Positions 9,460 to 17,629 of a stretch of DNA of 34,760 nt are shown here, one piece after another. Within the stretch, counting starts at the first letter, position 1. Every line of letters begins with the position of its first letter. The DNA is from Bacteroidia bacterium (GTDB taxonomy: Bacteria; Bacteroidota; Bacteroidia; NS11-12g; UBA9320): contig JAQWZS010000002.1 in NCBI GenBank assembly GCA_029253325.1, forward strand, positions 1 through 34,760, read 5' to 3'. Under the pieces are notes generated by a model. That model did not search any database, was not told the DNA's origin, and was given only the letters and a program-made list of their open reading frames with translations. Both the position numbers and the translations under genes were made by a program.

Positions 9460-10668
9460 TTAATGTAAAATATCTTTAGTAATTTTACGGGTAGCCTGTT
9501 GTTGATTAACCACAAATTTTTTTGATTTTTGCTTGACTTCATGAAGTTTTTGAGTGTCTTGAATGAGATTATTTATTATCTGAATCCATTGATCTTCATG
9601 TGTTATGGCAAATCCAAAACCATGTTCTATGGCATCATGAGCTTCTGTAAATTTTTGAATTTTTGGCCCAAAACTGATGTGGTTGCCCCATACTGCAGGC
9701 TCAATAACATTATGTAATGCACCATGGAATCCTCCACCAATTAAACTGAAATCAGCATACCGATATAAACTAGATAGCATACCAATGGTGTCTAATACTA
9801 ATACCGATGTTTTGTTATCAAAGTCACCATGGGTATATCGTTTAGGAGAATAAGATTTAAAAACTTCAAGAATTTGGTCGGTCCGTTTAATATCATGCGG
9901 AGCTATGATAATAGCCAAATTCTCAGGTACGGTATCCAGAAGCTTTTTTGTCAGTGCTTCTTCTCTTTCCCATGATGAACCAATAATGAGTAATTTTCTA
10001 TTAGCTTTAAAATCTTTGATTTCTGGATAATCTTTATCGGTTTTTAATATCTCTGCTACTCGATCATAACGAGTGTCTCCAACAAAGTGAGTTCGCTCGT
10101 TGATTTTCTTTAATAACTCACTACTGATTTTGTCTGAGGTGAATAGATTTTCAAACTTTCGAATTAGTTTAAGGTAGGGCCGGCCAAACAGCCCAAATAT
10201 GAAATGTTCTGATTGAAAACGACCGTTGATCAAATAGAATTTCGTGTCATTTTTTTGGCCATATTGAATGAAGTTATACCAAAAGTCGTATCGAATAAAA
10301 AGAGCTTTTTGTGGGTTGTATTTTTTGTAAAATTGTCTGACATTTTTTGAGGTATCCAAAGGGAGATACATGATGCGTGATGCATGGGGTCCGTTTTTAA
10401 CCTGTTCGTATCCACTAGGGCTAAAAAAGGTGATGACAAAATCTTCTAAGGAGTGTGATTTAGATAGTTCATTTAAGACGGGTATGGCCATTTCATACTC
10501 TCCCAAAGAAGAACAATGAATCCAAAACTTTACTTTTCCATGAGTAGGACTATTTGAATTAGAACGTGCAATTAAAAAATTTTTGATTTTTGATGAAAAA
10601 ATTCCAAAAAATGGAAGTGAAAAAGCGATGAAATTAATGGTAATGTGATAAGCGATTTTAAACATCAT
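9460..10668 (-). CDS. waaA: 3-deoxy-D-manno-octulosonic acid (Kdo) transferase
   Basis: Has an N-terminal membrane anchor, the FWIHCSSLGEYEMAIPVLNEL motif typical of the KdtA/WaaA N-domain, and a C-terminal GT-B half (GGGFHGALHNVIEPAVWG). Confidence 0.85.
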   Translation of the reverse strand: MMFKIAYHITINFIAFSLPFFGIFSSKIKNFLIARSNSNSPTHGKVKFWIHCSSLGEYEMAIPVLNELSKSHSLEDFVITFFSPSGYEQVKNGPHASRIMYLPLDTSKNVRQFYKKYNPQKALFIRYDFWYNFIQYGQKNDTKFYLINGRFQSEHFIFGLFGRPYLKLIRKFENLFTSDKISSELLKKINERTHFVGDTRYDRVAEILKTDKDYPEIKDFKANRKLLIIGSSWEREEALTKKLLDTVPENLAIIIAPHDIKRTDQILEVFKSYSPKRYTHGDFDNKTSVLVLDTIGMLSSLYRYADFSLIGGGFHGALHNVIEPAVWGNHISFGPKIQKFTEAHDAIEHGFGFAITHEDQWIQIINNLIQDTQKLHEVKQKSKKFVVNQQQATRKITKDILH

Positions 10669-10671
10669 TAC

Positions 10672-11433
10672 TTAATTGTAGAAGAATTCTTCGTCCTCTG
10701 CTTTTTTAGTGTAGACAGGTACAATAACTCCCAATTTTAATGCAATGGTTGTATCAAATCGTTTATCTAATCCGGAGTCATTGGTATTAAAATTCCACGT
10801 GCGACGACCTTGTGTAAACCCCTGATTGAACTCAACACCTGCTCTAAAATGATATCGGTTGTGGTTTACGAGGTATTGGTACCCAACAAATTGTTTGACT
10901 GCCAGACCGTAGGTAAGTCTGTCGTAGCCCTTTTCATAATCTCCATTGAGTTGAGGAATAGTTACTTGTGATGAAAAAATATCAATTTTATGCTGCATGA
11001 ACCCACCTCCTAATTGGACGAGAATGCCTGAGTTTGATTGTACCCTGGGTAGGTTGATTAGGTACCCCAAATTCACAGTAGCATAATTGCCTTTGATAAG
11101 TAAGTTGATTACCGAAAAATCTCCGTTTTGGTCTATGATTAGTCCAGATGTTCCATTGATATTACTAAAGATGCCGTTGTCCTTGACCGATCGACCAAAA
11201 AACCAATCGTAGTCAATACCTATGGTGATGTTGTTTTTGAATTTATAGTCAATATTCATCCCAATGGAATTGAAGTTATTAAAACGATCCTTCATATCGT
11301 CACCGACTTTATGAAAAGCAAGATGAGGAGTAAACAAAAAAGCTTGGGATGTTTTTACCTCAGACTGTGACAATACCAATTGGGGTATTACAATGCAAAT
11401 CAGAAGTAATATTCGGTTCATAAATAGACCCAC
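10672..11433 (-). CDS. hypothetical secreted beta-rich protein (possible outer-membrane protein)
   Basis: Has a signal peptide (MNRILLLICIVIPQLVLSQ) and alternating hydrophobic/aromatic beta-strand-like segments. It lies 3 nt upstream of waaA, so the two are probably co-transcribed. The start may be M5 at 11421. I recognise no family. Confidence 0.55.
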   Translation of the reverse strand: MGLFMNRILLLICIVIPQLVLSQSEVKTSQAFLFTPHLAFHKVGDDMKDRFNNFNSIGMNIDYKFKNNITIGIDYDWFFGRSVKDNGIFSNINGTSGLIIDQNGDFSVINLLIKGNYATVNLGYLINLPRVQSNSGILVQLGGGFMQHKIDIFSSQVTIPQLNGDYEKGYDRLTYGLAVKQFVGYQYLVNHNRYHFRAGVEFNQGFTQGRRTWNFNTNDSGLDKRFDTTIALKLGVIVPVYTKKAEDEEFFYN

Positions 11434-11522
11434 AAAGGAAAACTATTATAATGGTATCTAAAAATACTTACTTTGTTTTAACTGACTTTGAGTCAAAATC
11501 CCGTTTATGTAGGGACAAAATA

Positions 11523-11530
11523 TATCTTTG
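11523..11530 (+). promoter_or_regulatory. -7 promoter box (TATCTTTG) for ugd
   Basis: Exact TAnnTTTG match 28 nt upstream of the ATG at 11559. It lies inside the over-extended ORF-track N-terminus. Confidence 0.5.
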
Positions 11531-11558
11531 CAGTAAATTTAGAAATAAAAACATTGAA

Positions 11559-12875
11559 ATGAAAATAGCAGTTGTAGGAACAGGTTATGTTGGTCTGGTT
11601 ACAGGTACATGTTTGGCCGAGGTAGGGATTGATGTTACGTGTGTAGACATTGATACGAACAAAATTGAAGGTCTTAAAAAAGGGGTGATGCCCATTTATG
11701 AACCAGGTCTTGAATCTATGGTTGTAAGAAACTATGAAAAAGGAAAGTTGAACTTTAGTACATCTCTCAAAGAGAGTATTAAGGATTCAGATGTTGCATT
11801 TATTGCTGTTGGTACTCCTCCAGATGAGGATGGTAGTGCTGACCTAAAGTATGTGTTAGCTGTAGCTAGTGAAATAGGCCAGCATATGAATAATTATGGG
11901 GTTGTAGTCACCAAAAGTACTGTGCCTGTCGGAACAGCTAAAAAGGTGAGACATGCTGTACAAGAAGCATTAGATAAACGTGGTGAAAATATTAATTTTG
12001 ATATAGCGAGTAACCCGGAGTTTTTGAAGGAAGGTGCTGCAATTGATGACTTTATGAAACCTGATCGAATAGTGGTAGGTGTTGATAGTGAACAGGCACA
12101 AAGTATCATAAATAAGTTGTATAAACCATTTATTATGAATGGCCATCCGCTTGTATTTATGGATATACCATCTGCAGAAATGACAAAATATGCGGCTAAT
12201 GCTATGCTTGCAACCCGAATTAGCTTTATGAATGATATTGCCAATTTGTGTGAGCGAATGAGTGCAGACGTAAACTCTGTTAGAAAAGGAATAGGGAGTG
12301 ATCCAAGAATTGGGAGTAGGTTTTTATATTCAGGAATTGGTTACGGGGGGAGTTGTTTCCCAAAGGATGTAAAAGCATTAATCAAAACAGCAAGAGAAAA
12401 TAATTACCAGATGCGAATTCTTGAGTCTGTTGAAGATGTAAATGATGATCAAAAATCAATTCTATTTTCAAAACTGACGAACTCTATGGGGGAGGATTTG
12501 ACTGGAAAGACTTTTGGGATGTGGGGATTGTCCTTCAAGCCAAATACGGATGACATGAGAGAAGCTCCATCATTAGTTTTAATTGATAAGATTCTTATTG
12601 CTGGCGGGAAAGTGGTTGCCTATGACCCTGTTGCTAGTCATGAAGCTCAACGCATACTTGGCGATAAAATATCTTATGTATCTGATCCATATAAGGCATT
12701 AGAGCATGCGGATGCACTTTTAGTTGTAACCGAATGGTCGGAGTTTAAGGTGCCAGATTTTGATAAAATTTCTACGTTATTGAATAACAAAATTATTTTC
12801 GATGGCAGAAATATATATGATAAAAAAGAGATGAAGGATCTTGGATATGAATACCATTGTATTGGAACTAAGTAA
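11559..12875 (+). CDS. ugd: UDP-glucose 6-dehydrogenase
   Basis: MKIAVVGTGYVGLVTGTCLAEVG Rossmann start, catalytic-Cys region GIGYGGSCFPKDV, and GLSFKPNTDDMREAP. I moved the start from 11451 to 11559; the 36 upstream codons (MVSKNTYFVLTDFESKSRLC...) have no family resemblance and contain the promoter box. Confidence 0.9.
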   Translation: MKIAVVGTGYVGLVTGTCLAEVGIDVTCVDIDTNKIEGLKKGVMPIYEPGLESMVVRNYEKGKLNFSTSLKESIKDSDVAFIAVGTPPDEDGSADLKYVLAVASEIGQHMNNYGVVVTKSTVPVGTAKKVRHAVQEALDKRGENINFDIASNPEFLKEGAAIDDFMKPDRIVVGVDSEQAQSIINKLYKPFIMNGHPLVFMDIPSAEMTKYAANAMLATRISFMNDIANLCERMSADVNSVRKGIGSDPRIGSRFLYSGIGYGGSCFPKDVKALIKTARENNYQMRILESVEDVNDDQKSILFSKLTNSMGEDLTGKTFGMWGLSFKPNTDDMREAPSLVLIDKILIAGGKVVAYDPVASHEAQRILGDKISYVSDPYKALEHADALLVVTEWSEFKVPDFDKISTLLNNKIIFDGRNIYDKKEMKDLGYEYHCIGTK

Positions 12876-12878
12876 AAG

Positions 12879-13853
12879 ATGAAAAGAATTTTAATAACTG
12901 GAGGAGCTGGATTTTTAGGGTCACACTTATGTGATCGATTCATTAAGGAGGGATATGAAGTAATTGCTATGGATAATCTTATCACTGGCGACATGAAAAA
13001 TATAGAGCACCTAATGCCACTTGAAAATTTTCACTTCTATCACCATGATGTTTCCAAGTATATACACATTCCAGGAGATCTAGACTATGTCCTACATTTC
13101 GCATCACCTGCAAGCCCAATAGATTACCTCAAAATACCAATTCCAACACTTAAAGTGGGGAGTTTAGGTACTCATAATTGTTTAGGCCTTGCTTTAGCCA
13201 AAGGAGCAAGAATGCTTATTGCATCGACAAGTGAGGTATATGGAGATCCTACTGTGCATCCACAACCTGAAGAATATTGGGGGAATGTTAATCCCGTAGG
13301 TCCACGAGGGGTATATGATGAAGCAAAACGTTTTCAAGAAGCAATGACGATGGCATATCACACCTATCATCAAGTAGAAACTAGAATAGTTCGTATTTTT
13401 AATACCTACGGCCCCCGAATGAGGTTAAATGATGGGAGAGCACTCCCAGCATTTATTGGCCAGGCATTAAGAGGTGAGGATATTACTATTTTTGGAGACG
13501 GAAGTCAAACCAGATCTTTTTGTTATGTGTCGGATTTGGTTGAGGGGATTTATCGCCTTCTTCATAGCGATTATGCATATCCAGTAAATATTGGGAATCC
13601 AGATGAAATAAGTATTCTTGATTTTGCTAAAGAAATTGTGGCATTGACAGGAACCGACCAGAAACTTGTATTCAAAGATTTACCAAAAGATGATCCAAAA
13701 CAACGAAAACCCGATATCACAAAAGCAAAAGATATACTTGATTGGAAGCCAGAAGTAACCCGCAAAGACGGACTAAAATTAACGTATGAGTATTTTAAAA
13801 ATCTACCTGAAGAAGATTTATATAATTATGCTCACCCTAAAGAATTTAATTAA
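12879..13853 (+). CDS. uxs: UDP-glucuronate decarboxylase (UDP-xylose synthase-type SDR)
   Basis: [34 protein letters not shown], the YDEAKR catalytic Tyr-x3-Lys, and [10 protein letters not shown] are characteristic of the UXS/ArnA-C family. It starts 3 nt after ugd. Confidence 0.85.
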   Translation: MKRILITGGAGFLGSHLCDRFIKEGYEVIAMDNLITGDMKNIEHLMPLENFHFYHHDVSKYIHIPGDLDYVLHFASPASPIDYLKIPIPTLKVGSLGTHNCLGLALAKGARMLIASTSEVYGDPTVHPQPEEYWGNVNPVGPRGVYDEAKRFQEAMTMAYHTYHQVETRIVRIFNTYGPRMRLNDGRALPAFIGQALRGEDITIFGDGSQTRSFCYVSDLVEGIYRLLHSDYAYPVNIGNPDEISILDFAKEIVALTGTDQKLVFKDLPKDDPKQRKPDITKAKDILDWKPEVTRKDGLKLTYEYFKNLPEEDLYNYAHPKEFN

Positions 13854-14425
13854 TGGATTTTTTTGTTCACGAATCATCATTCATAGACGACGGATCGACA
13901 GTCGGAGCAGGAACTAAAATATGGCATTTTAGTCATATCATGAGGGATAGTATTATTGGTCAAAATTGCAATATTGGTCAAAATGTAGTGATTAGCCCAA
14001 AAGTTATTTTAGGTAATAATGTGAAAGTTCAAAATAATGTAAGTATATATACTGGAGTTGTTTGTGAGGATGATGTTTTTCTGGGACCAAGTATGGTTTT
14101 CACTAATGTTGTAAATCCGCGAAGTGCAATAATCAGAAGAGATAAATATCAGACGACTATTGTAAAAAGAGGAGCGAGCATAGGAGCTAATGCAACAATC
14201 ATTTGTGGGAACAATTTGGGGGAGTATTGTCTTGTCGGAGCAGGAGCTGTGGTTACTAAAGATGTTCCAGCCTTTGCTTTGGTAGTAGGTAACCCAAGTA
14301 AGCAGATAGGTTGGATAAGTAAACATGGGCATCAATTAAAATTTGATAATCTAGGTTTTGCTACTTGTAAAGAGGGTAAAGATAGATATCAACTTGCTGA
14401 TAGTGAGGTTGTTTGCTTAAGTTGA
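13853..14425 (+). CDS. left-handed beta-helix N-acetyltransferase, WbpD/WlbB-like (3-amino-sugar N-acetyltransferase)
   Basis: Hexapeptide repeats throughout. KIWHFSHIM...NIGQNV...GPSMVFTNVVNPRS...GANATIICG...VGNPSKQIGWISKHGHQL closely resembles WbpD/WlbB as I recall them. The start overlaps the uxs stop (TAATG). Confidence 0.75.
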   Translation: MDFFVHESSFIDDGSTVGAGTKIWHFSHIMRDSIIGQNCNIGQNVVISPKVILGNNVKVQNNVSIYTGVVCEDDVFLGPSMVFTNVVNPRSAIIRRDKYQTTIVKRGASIGANATIICGNNLGEYCLVGAGAVVTKDVPAFALVVGNPSKQIGWISKHGHQLKFDNLGFATCKEGKDRYQLADSEVVCLS

Positions 14426-14465
14426 AAAATATTCTAGAAAAGCATTTGTAATATTTCAGTTGTGT

Positions 14466-14473
14466 TATATTTG
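14466..14473 (+). promoter_or_regulatory. -7 promoter box (TATATTTG) for tRNA-Asp
   Basis: Exact TAnnTTTG match 11 nt upstream of the mature tRNA 5' end. Confidence 0.5.
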
Positions 14474-14484
14474 CACACCTTTAA

Positions 14485-14558
14485 GGATTGGTAGTTCAGC
14501 TGGTTAGAATACCTGCCTGTCACGCAGGGGGTCGCGGGTTCGAGTCCCGTCCAGTCCG
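14485..14558 (+). tRNA. tRNA-Asp (anticodon GTC)
   Basis: Folded by hand into a cloverleaf: acceptor GGATTGG/CCAGTCC (one G-U pair), D-arm GTTC/GAAT, anticodon stem CCTGC/GCAGG with loop CTGTCAC, T-arm GCGGG-TTCGAGT-CCCGT, discriminator G. CCA is not encoded. Confidence 0.95.
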
Positions 14559-14560
14559 CT

Positions 14561-14595
14561 AAACCCAACTCATCAGTGAGTTGGGTTTTTTGTTT
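14561..14595 (+). terminator. rho-independent terminator after tRNA-Asp
   Basis: A 12-bp perfect stem aaacccaactca / tgagttgggttt with a tcag loop, followed by a T-run (tttttgtttt). Confidence 0.85.
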
Positions 14596-14653
14596 TATTA
14601 AAACCTACTTCTAATTAAAATCATTACCTAAAATTTCTGTTTAAATTTATTTC

Positions 14654-14672
14654 AATCTATTCCGAATAGATT
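14654..14672. promoter_or_regulatory. 19-bp perfect inverted repeat (aatctattc-c-gaatagatt) abutting the accA -7 box; candidate operator
   Basis: The 9-bp arms are exact reverse complements around one central base. The repeat ends 2 nt before the TACATTTG box. Confidence 0.35.
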
Positions 14673-14674
14673 TA

Positions 14675-14682
14675 TACATTTG
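14675..14682 (+). promoter_or_regulatory. -7 promoter box (TACATTTG) for accA
   Basis: Exact TAnnTTTG match 17 nt upstream of the ATG at 14700. Confidence 0.5.
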
Positions 14683-14699
14683 TTTATCAAATAAGTTCA

Positions 14700-15656
14700 A
14701 TGCCTATATTATTAGATTTTGAAAAACCCTTAGAAGAGTTATACGAACAGCTTGAAAAGGCTCAGGAAACTCACGAAAAAGGTAAGGTAGATATGAGTGA
14801 CACGGTTGCTCAGTTAGTGAAGAAAATAAATAACGAAAAAAAGAATCTTTACAAAGATCTTACGGGATGGCAAAAGGTTCAAATATCTCGTCATGCCGAT
14901 AGACCATACACCCTAGATTATATCTGTGCAATCACCAAAAACTTTGTTGAACTTCACGGTGATCGAAACGTTGGAGATGACAAAGCAATGGTCGGTGGTT
15001 TAGCTCAAATTGATAATATCAATGTGATGATTATTGGTCAGCAAAAAGGAAGAACTACCAAACAACGACAGTATCGAAATTTTGGGATGCCAAATCCAGA
15101 AGGTTATCGAAAAGCAATGCGGCTCATGAAAATTGCCGAAAAGTTTGATTTACCAGTAATCTGCTTAATAGATACTCCAGGAGCTTTTCCAGGTCTTGAA
15201 GCCGAAGAAAGAGGGCAAGGTGAAGCAATTGCTAAAAATTTGATGGTTATGGCTACTCTAAAAGTGCCTATTATTTGTGTAGTCATTGGTGAAGGTGCTA
15301 GTGGTGGAGCTCTAGGAATTGGTGTTGGAGATCGTGTTTTGATGCTTGAAAATACTTGGTACTCTGTAATCTCTCCGGAGAGTTGCTCGTCTATTTTGTG
15401 GCATAGTTGGGAGTACAAAGAAAAAGCAGCAGAAGCCCTTAATCTTACAGCAGATCAAATGCTCAAAAACAAATTAATTGATGGTATTATCCCCGAACCA
15501 TTTGGCGGAGCTCACAATAACCCTGAGGCAATGAGTAAGACGCTCAAAGCAGAACTTAAAAAACAGATTAAAGAACTTGCAGAACTAAAGCCTCAAAAAC
15601 TAGTTAATGAACGAATCAAAAAATTCAGCAAGATGGGGTCATACTCGAATGCTTAA
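14700..15656 (+). CDS. accA: acetyl-CoA carboxylase carboxyltransferase subunit alpha
   Basis: [20 protein letters not shown] start; [14 protein letters not shown]; [38 protein letters not shown]; [15 protein letters not shown]. Confidence 0.95.
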   Translation: MPILLDFEKPLEELYEQLEKAQETHEKGKVDMSDTVAQLVKKINNEKKNLYKDLTGWQKVQISRHADRPYTLDYICAITKNFVELHGDRNVGDDKAMVGGLAQIDNINVMIIGQQKGRTTKQRQYRNFGMPNPEGYRKAMRLMKIAEKFDLPVICLIDTPGAFPGLEAEERGQGEAIAKNLMVMATLKVPIICVVIGEGASGGALGIGVGDRVLMLENTWYSVISPESCSSILWHSWEYKEKAAEALNLTADQMLKNKLIDGIIPEPFGGAHNNPEAMSKTLKAELKKQIKELAELKPQKLVNERIKKFSKMGSYSNA

Positions 15657-16205
15657 AAGATAGTCTATTGTTTCTGGGCCCAAGTTAAAAAGTACATCTA
15701 TTATGCTGAGGTTGCTTTCAAAATCCCAGCGATCATCAAAAACTTGAGGATAACTCGATAATTTATTAAGATTATTATGATTATACATTACCACTACTTC
15801 ATGGTCTAATTTCATGATAGAAGGCATATGAATACATTTGCTTAATATGCGGTATAACTCCCAATTAAGATTTATAAGTGTAACATGTTTTTTTAAAATG
15901 ACTTCTTCAATCTTGTAGCCATAATAAAGAAAAAATGGTGATTTACTGTACGCATTTTGGATAGATCTACACATTTCAACTTGCCAATTATTAGTGTAAT
16001 CGATTAAGACTTTATCAAACATCCCTTTTCTTGAGGGTTTTTGAGTAGGAATACTTAATTTGAGCCTTCCATTGCTAGTCATAATCTCAAATTGAGATAA
16101 GTAGGACTGCTTTTGAAAGGTATGGTTAGTATAGACAAAGTCAGATTCTTGTTGAAGAATGGAATGCCAATAACTGATATTTCCGATACAATGTAAGTTA
16201 TTCAT
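15639..16205 (-). CDS. WbqC-like family protein (function unknown)
   Basis: The pattern ...[44 protein letters not shown]...[23 protein letters not shown] resembles the WbqC-like family by eye. It starts 2 nt after the folK stop, and its 3' end overlaps the accA 3' end by 18 nt. Confidence 0.6.
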   Translation of the reverse strand: MNNLHCIGNISYWHSILQQESDFVYTNHTFQKQSYLSQFEIMTSNGRLKLSIPTQKPSRKGMFDKVLIDYTNNWQVEMCRSIQNAYSKSPFFLYYGYKIEEVILKKHVTLINLNWELYRILSKCIHMPSIMKLDHEVVVMYNHNNLNKLSSYPQVFDDRWDFESNLSIIDVLFNLGPETIDYLLSIRV

Positions 16206-16207
16206 GA

Positions 16208-16699
16208 CTAATTGTTTTTGAAAAATAATGTAGTATTATTATCTAGTTCATCATTGCAAAGTTCTGTGATAGACTTATTGATTATCGGATGAACAAAATG
16301 AGGGAGAATATCTTTTAGAGGAATGAGTACAAAAGCACGTTCATGCAGATGTTGGTGTGGGACGATTAATTCTTTTTTGTTCGTGATATTAGACTCGTAA
16401 AAAAGGATATCAATGTCAATTAATCGAGGACCCCATTTTTCTGTTTTTTTTCGACCCATTTCTTTTTCGATGTCTTGAATTTTATTAAAGCATTGCTCGA
16501 TGGTAATATCTGTATGAAGATATATAGCGGTATTAATAAAACGGGATTGATTCTCATTTCCCCATGGAGGGGTTTCATAAAAATGGGCAATTACAGGCTT
16601 TGATTCAAAAGATTTTTCAATTTTTTGAATGGCCATAAGTAAATAGGCATAACGATTTCCAAGATTCGATCCTAGGCTTAATACCAGTTTTTTTTTCAT
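16208..16699 (-). CDS. folK: 2-amino-4-hydroxy-6-hydroxymethyldihydropteridine diphosphokinase (HPPK)
   Basis: VLSLGSNLGNR...YETPPWGNENQSRFINTAI...MGRKKTEKWGPRLIDIDILFY...PHQHLHERAFVLIPLKDI are canonical HPPK motifs. Confidence 0.9.
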   Translation of the reverse strand: MKKKLVLSLGSNLGNRYAYLLMAIQKIEKSFESKPVIAHFYETPPWGNENQSRFINTAIYLHTDITIEQCFNKIQDIEKEMGRKKTEKWGPRLIDIDILFYESNITNKKELIVPHQHLHERAFVLIPLKDILPHFVHPIINKSITELCNDELDNNTTLFFKNN

Positions 16700-16716
16700 T
16701 ACATTCGCTTAGTTTT

Positions 16717-17169
16717 ATGGAGAATTTTTACAAATTTTTACCTGTATTTTTTTGGTTGCTATACAAAGCGTATAAGGCTAACAAAAAAACACAACAATTT
16801 CCTAATTCTTCACCAAATTCAGATAAAAGAAAAAAAACTACTCCAAAGCTTCCAACATTTGAAGATATCCTAAGTGAAATGATGGAGAAGAAAGCAGAAG
16901 ACACTCCAAAGGAAACTTATAAAGAGATTGAAACTGAAACTTTTGAGGAGGACTTTGAAGATTCCAAAATCGATGTAGAATTTCTAGACGAACAAGATTC
17001 AATTTTTGAAAACCATCATAATGCAGATACAGGTCCACCCATAGAGGAAATTAGGGAAGATATTTCTGAAATACAGGATATTGAAGATGAAGTAGAAAAA
17101 AGTGAGTCTTCATTTAATTTAAAATCGGCTGTAATTGCAGATACTATATTAAATAGACCAGAATACTAG
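16717..17169 (+). CDS. hypothetical membrane-anchored, highly acidic low-complexity protein
   Basis: Has an N-terminal hydrophobic helix (FLPVFFWLLYKAY), a basic patch (KANKK...KRKKTTPK), then ~90 residues rich in E/D, and a C-terminal SFNLKSAVIADTILNRPEY. I recognise no family. That it is coding is supported only by ORF length and its lack of overlap with other genes. Confidence 0.5.
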   Translation: MENFYKFLPVFFWLLYKAYKANKKTQQFPNSSPNSDKRKKTTPKLPTFEDILSEMMEKKAEDTPKETYKEIETETFEEDFEDSKIDVEFLDEQDSIFENHHNADTGPPIEEIREDISEIQDIEDEVEKSESSFNLKSAVIADTILNRPEY

Positions 17170-17170
17170 A

Positions 17171-17623
17171 TTAATCTTTTTGTTTGAAGAGCCAGTACTT
17201 TTGTCCAATAAAAGTAGCTGTAGCACTCAAGGCTGTTGCAAAAAAGAACGCTAAAAATTTGTCTAAACTCAGGGCGTATGATTGAATAATTTCTTGAACT
17301 TCTGATTCTAATGAAAATCGAAATAGGTAGTTAGGTATGCTATCGATAAGAAAACTATTTGCCGATACATTAATAATTAATGCAGCAAAATACAACACGG
17401 CGAATAGTGAAAGACGTTTATTGTTTTTATCAGTTTGTCTCCATGTCCAGTATTTATTTAGATTATAAGTTACAATCATACCTGAGCAAAAACTTAATGC
17501 TTTTGATTCATTAGTCCCCATGTATTGTGATAGTAAAAAATATACAACAAAATCTACTCCAACGGCTAATACTCCACTGATGATAAATTTAGTAAGTTGC
17601 TTGCCTGCTTGATAAATGGCCAT
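17171..17623 (-). CDS. GtrA-family integral membrane protein
   Basis: 150 aa with four hydrophobic helices. The N-terminus FIISGVLAVGVDFVVYFLL is typical of GtrA-like proteins. It starts 6 nt after the ldcA stop. Confidence 0.6.
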   Translation of the reverse strand: MAIYQAGKQLTKFIISGVLAVGVDFVVYFLLSQYMGTNESKALSFCSGMIVTYNLNKYWTWRQTDKNNKRLSLFAVLYFAALIINVSANSFLIDSIPNYLFRFSLESEVQEIIQSYALSLDKFLAFFFATALSATATFIGQKYWLFKQKD

Positions 17624-17629
17624 ACTGTT

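Noticed and set aside
14426-14465. AT-only inverted repeat (aaatatt ... aatattt) after the acetyltransferase gene as a terminator
   Set aside because: A 7-bp all-A/T stem with a 16-nt loop and no T-run would be too unstable to call.
14485-14700. tRNA-Asp and tRNA-Phe (29190-29262) as genomic-island integration sites
   Set aside because: There is no integrase nearby, I saw no duplicated tRNA 3' segment (att-like direct repeat) downstream, and the flanking genes are housekeeping.
8030-15418. Antisense ORFs of 62-122 aa inside lysS, waaA, ugd, uxs, the acetyltransferase and accA
   Set aside because: The same reasoning applies: each is fully nested in a strongly supported gene on the other strand.
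16688-16696. A9/T9 homopolymer at codons 2-4 of folK (and T9 at 18224-18232 in ldcA) as phase-variation tracts
   Set aside because: They encode Lys runs (MKKK, DKKKW) in an AT-rich genome. Both genes are housekeeping with no reason to be phase-variable, and many similar 7-9 nt runs occur throughout the window.
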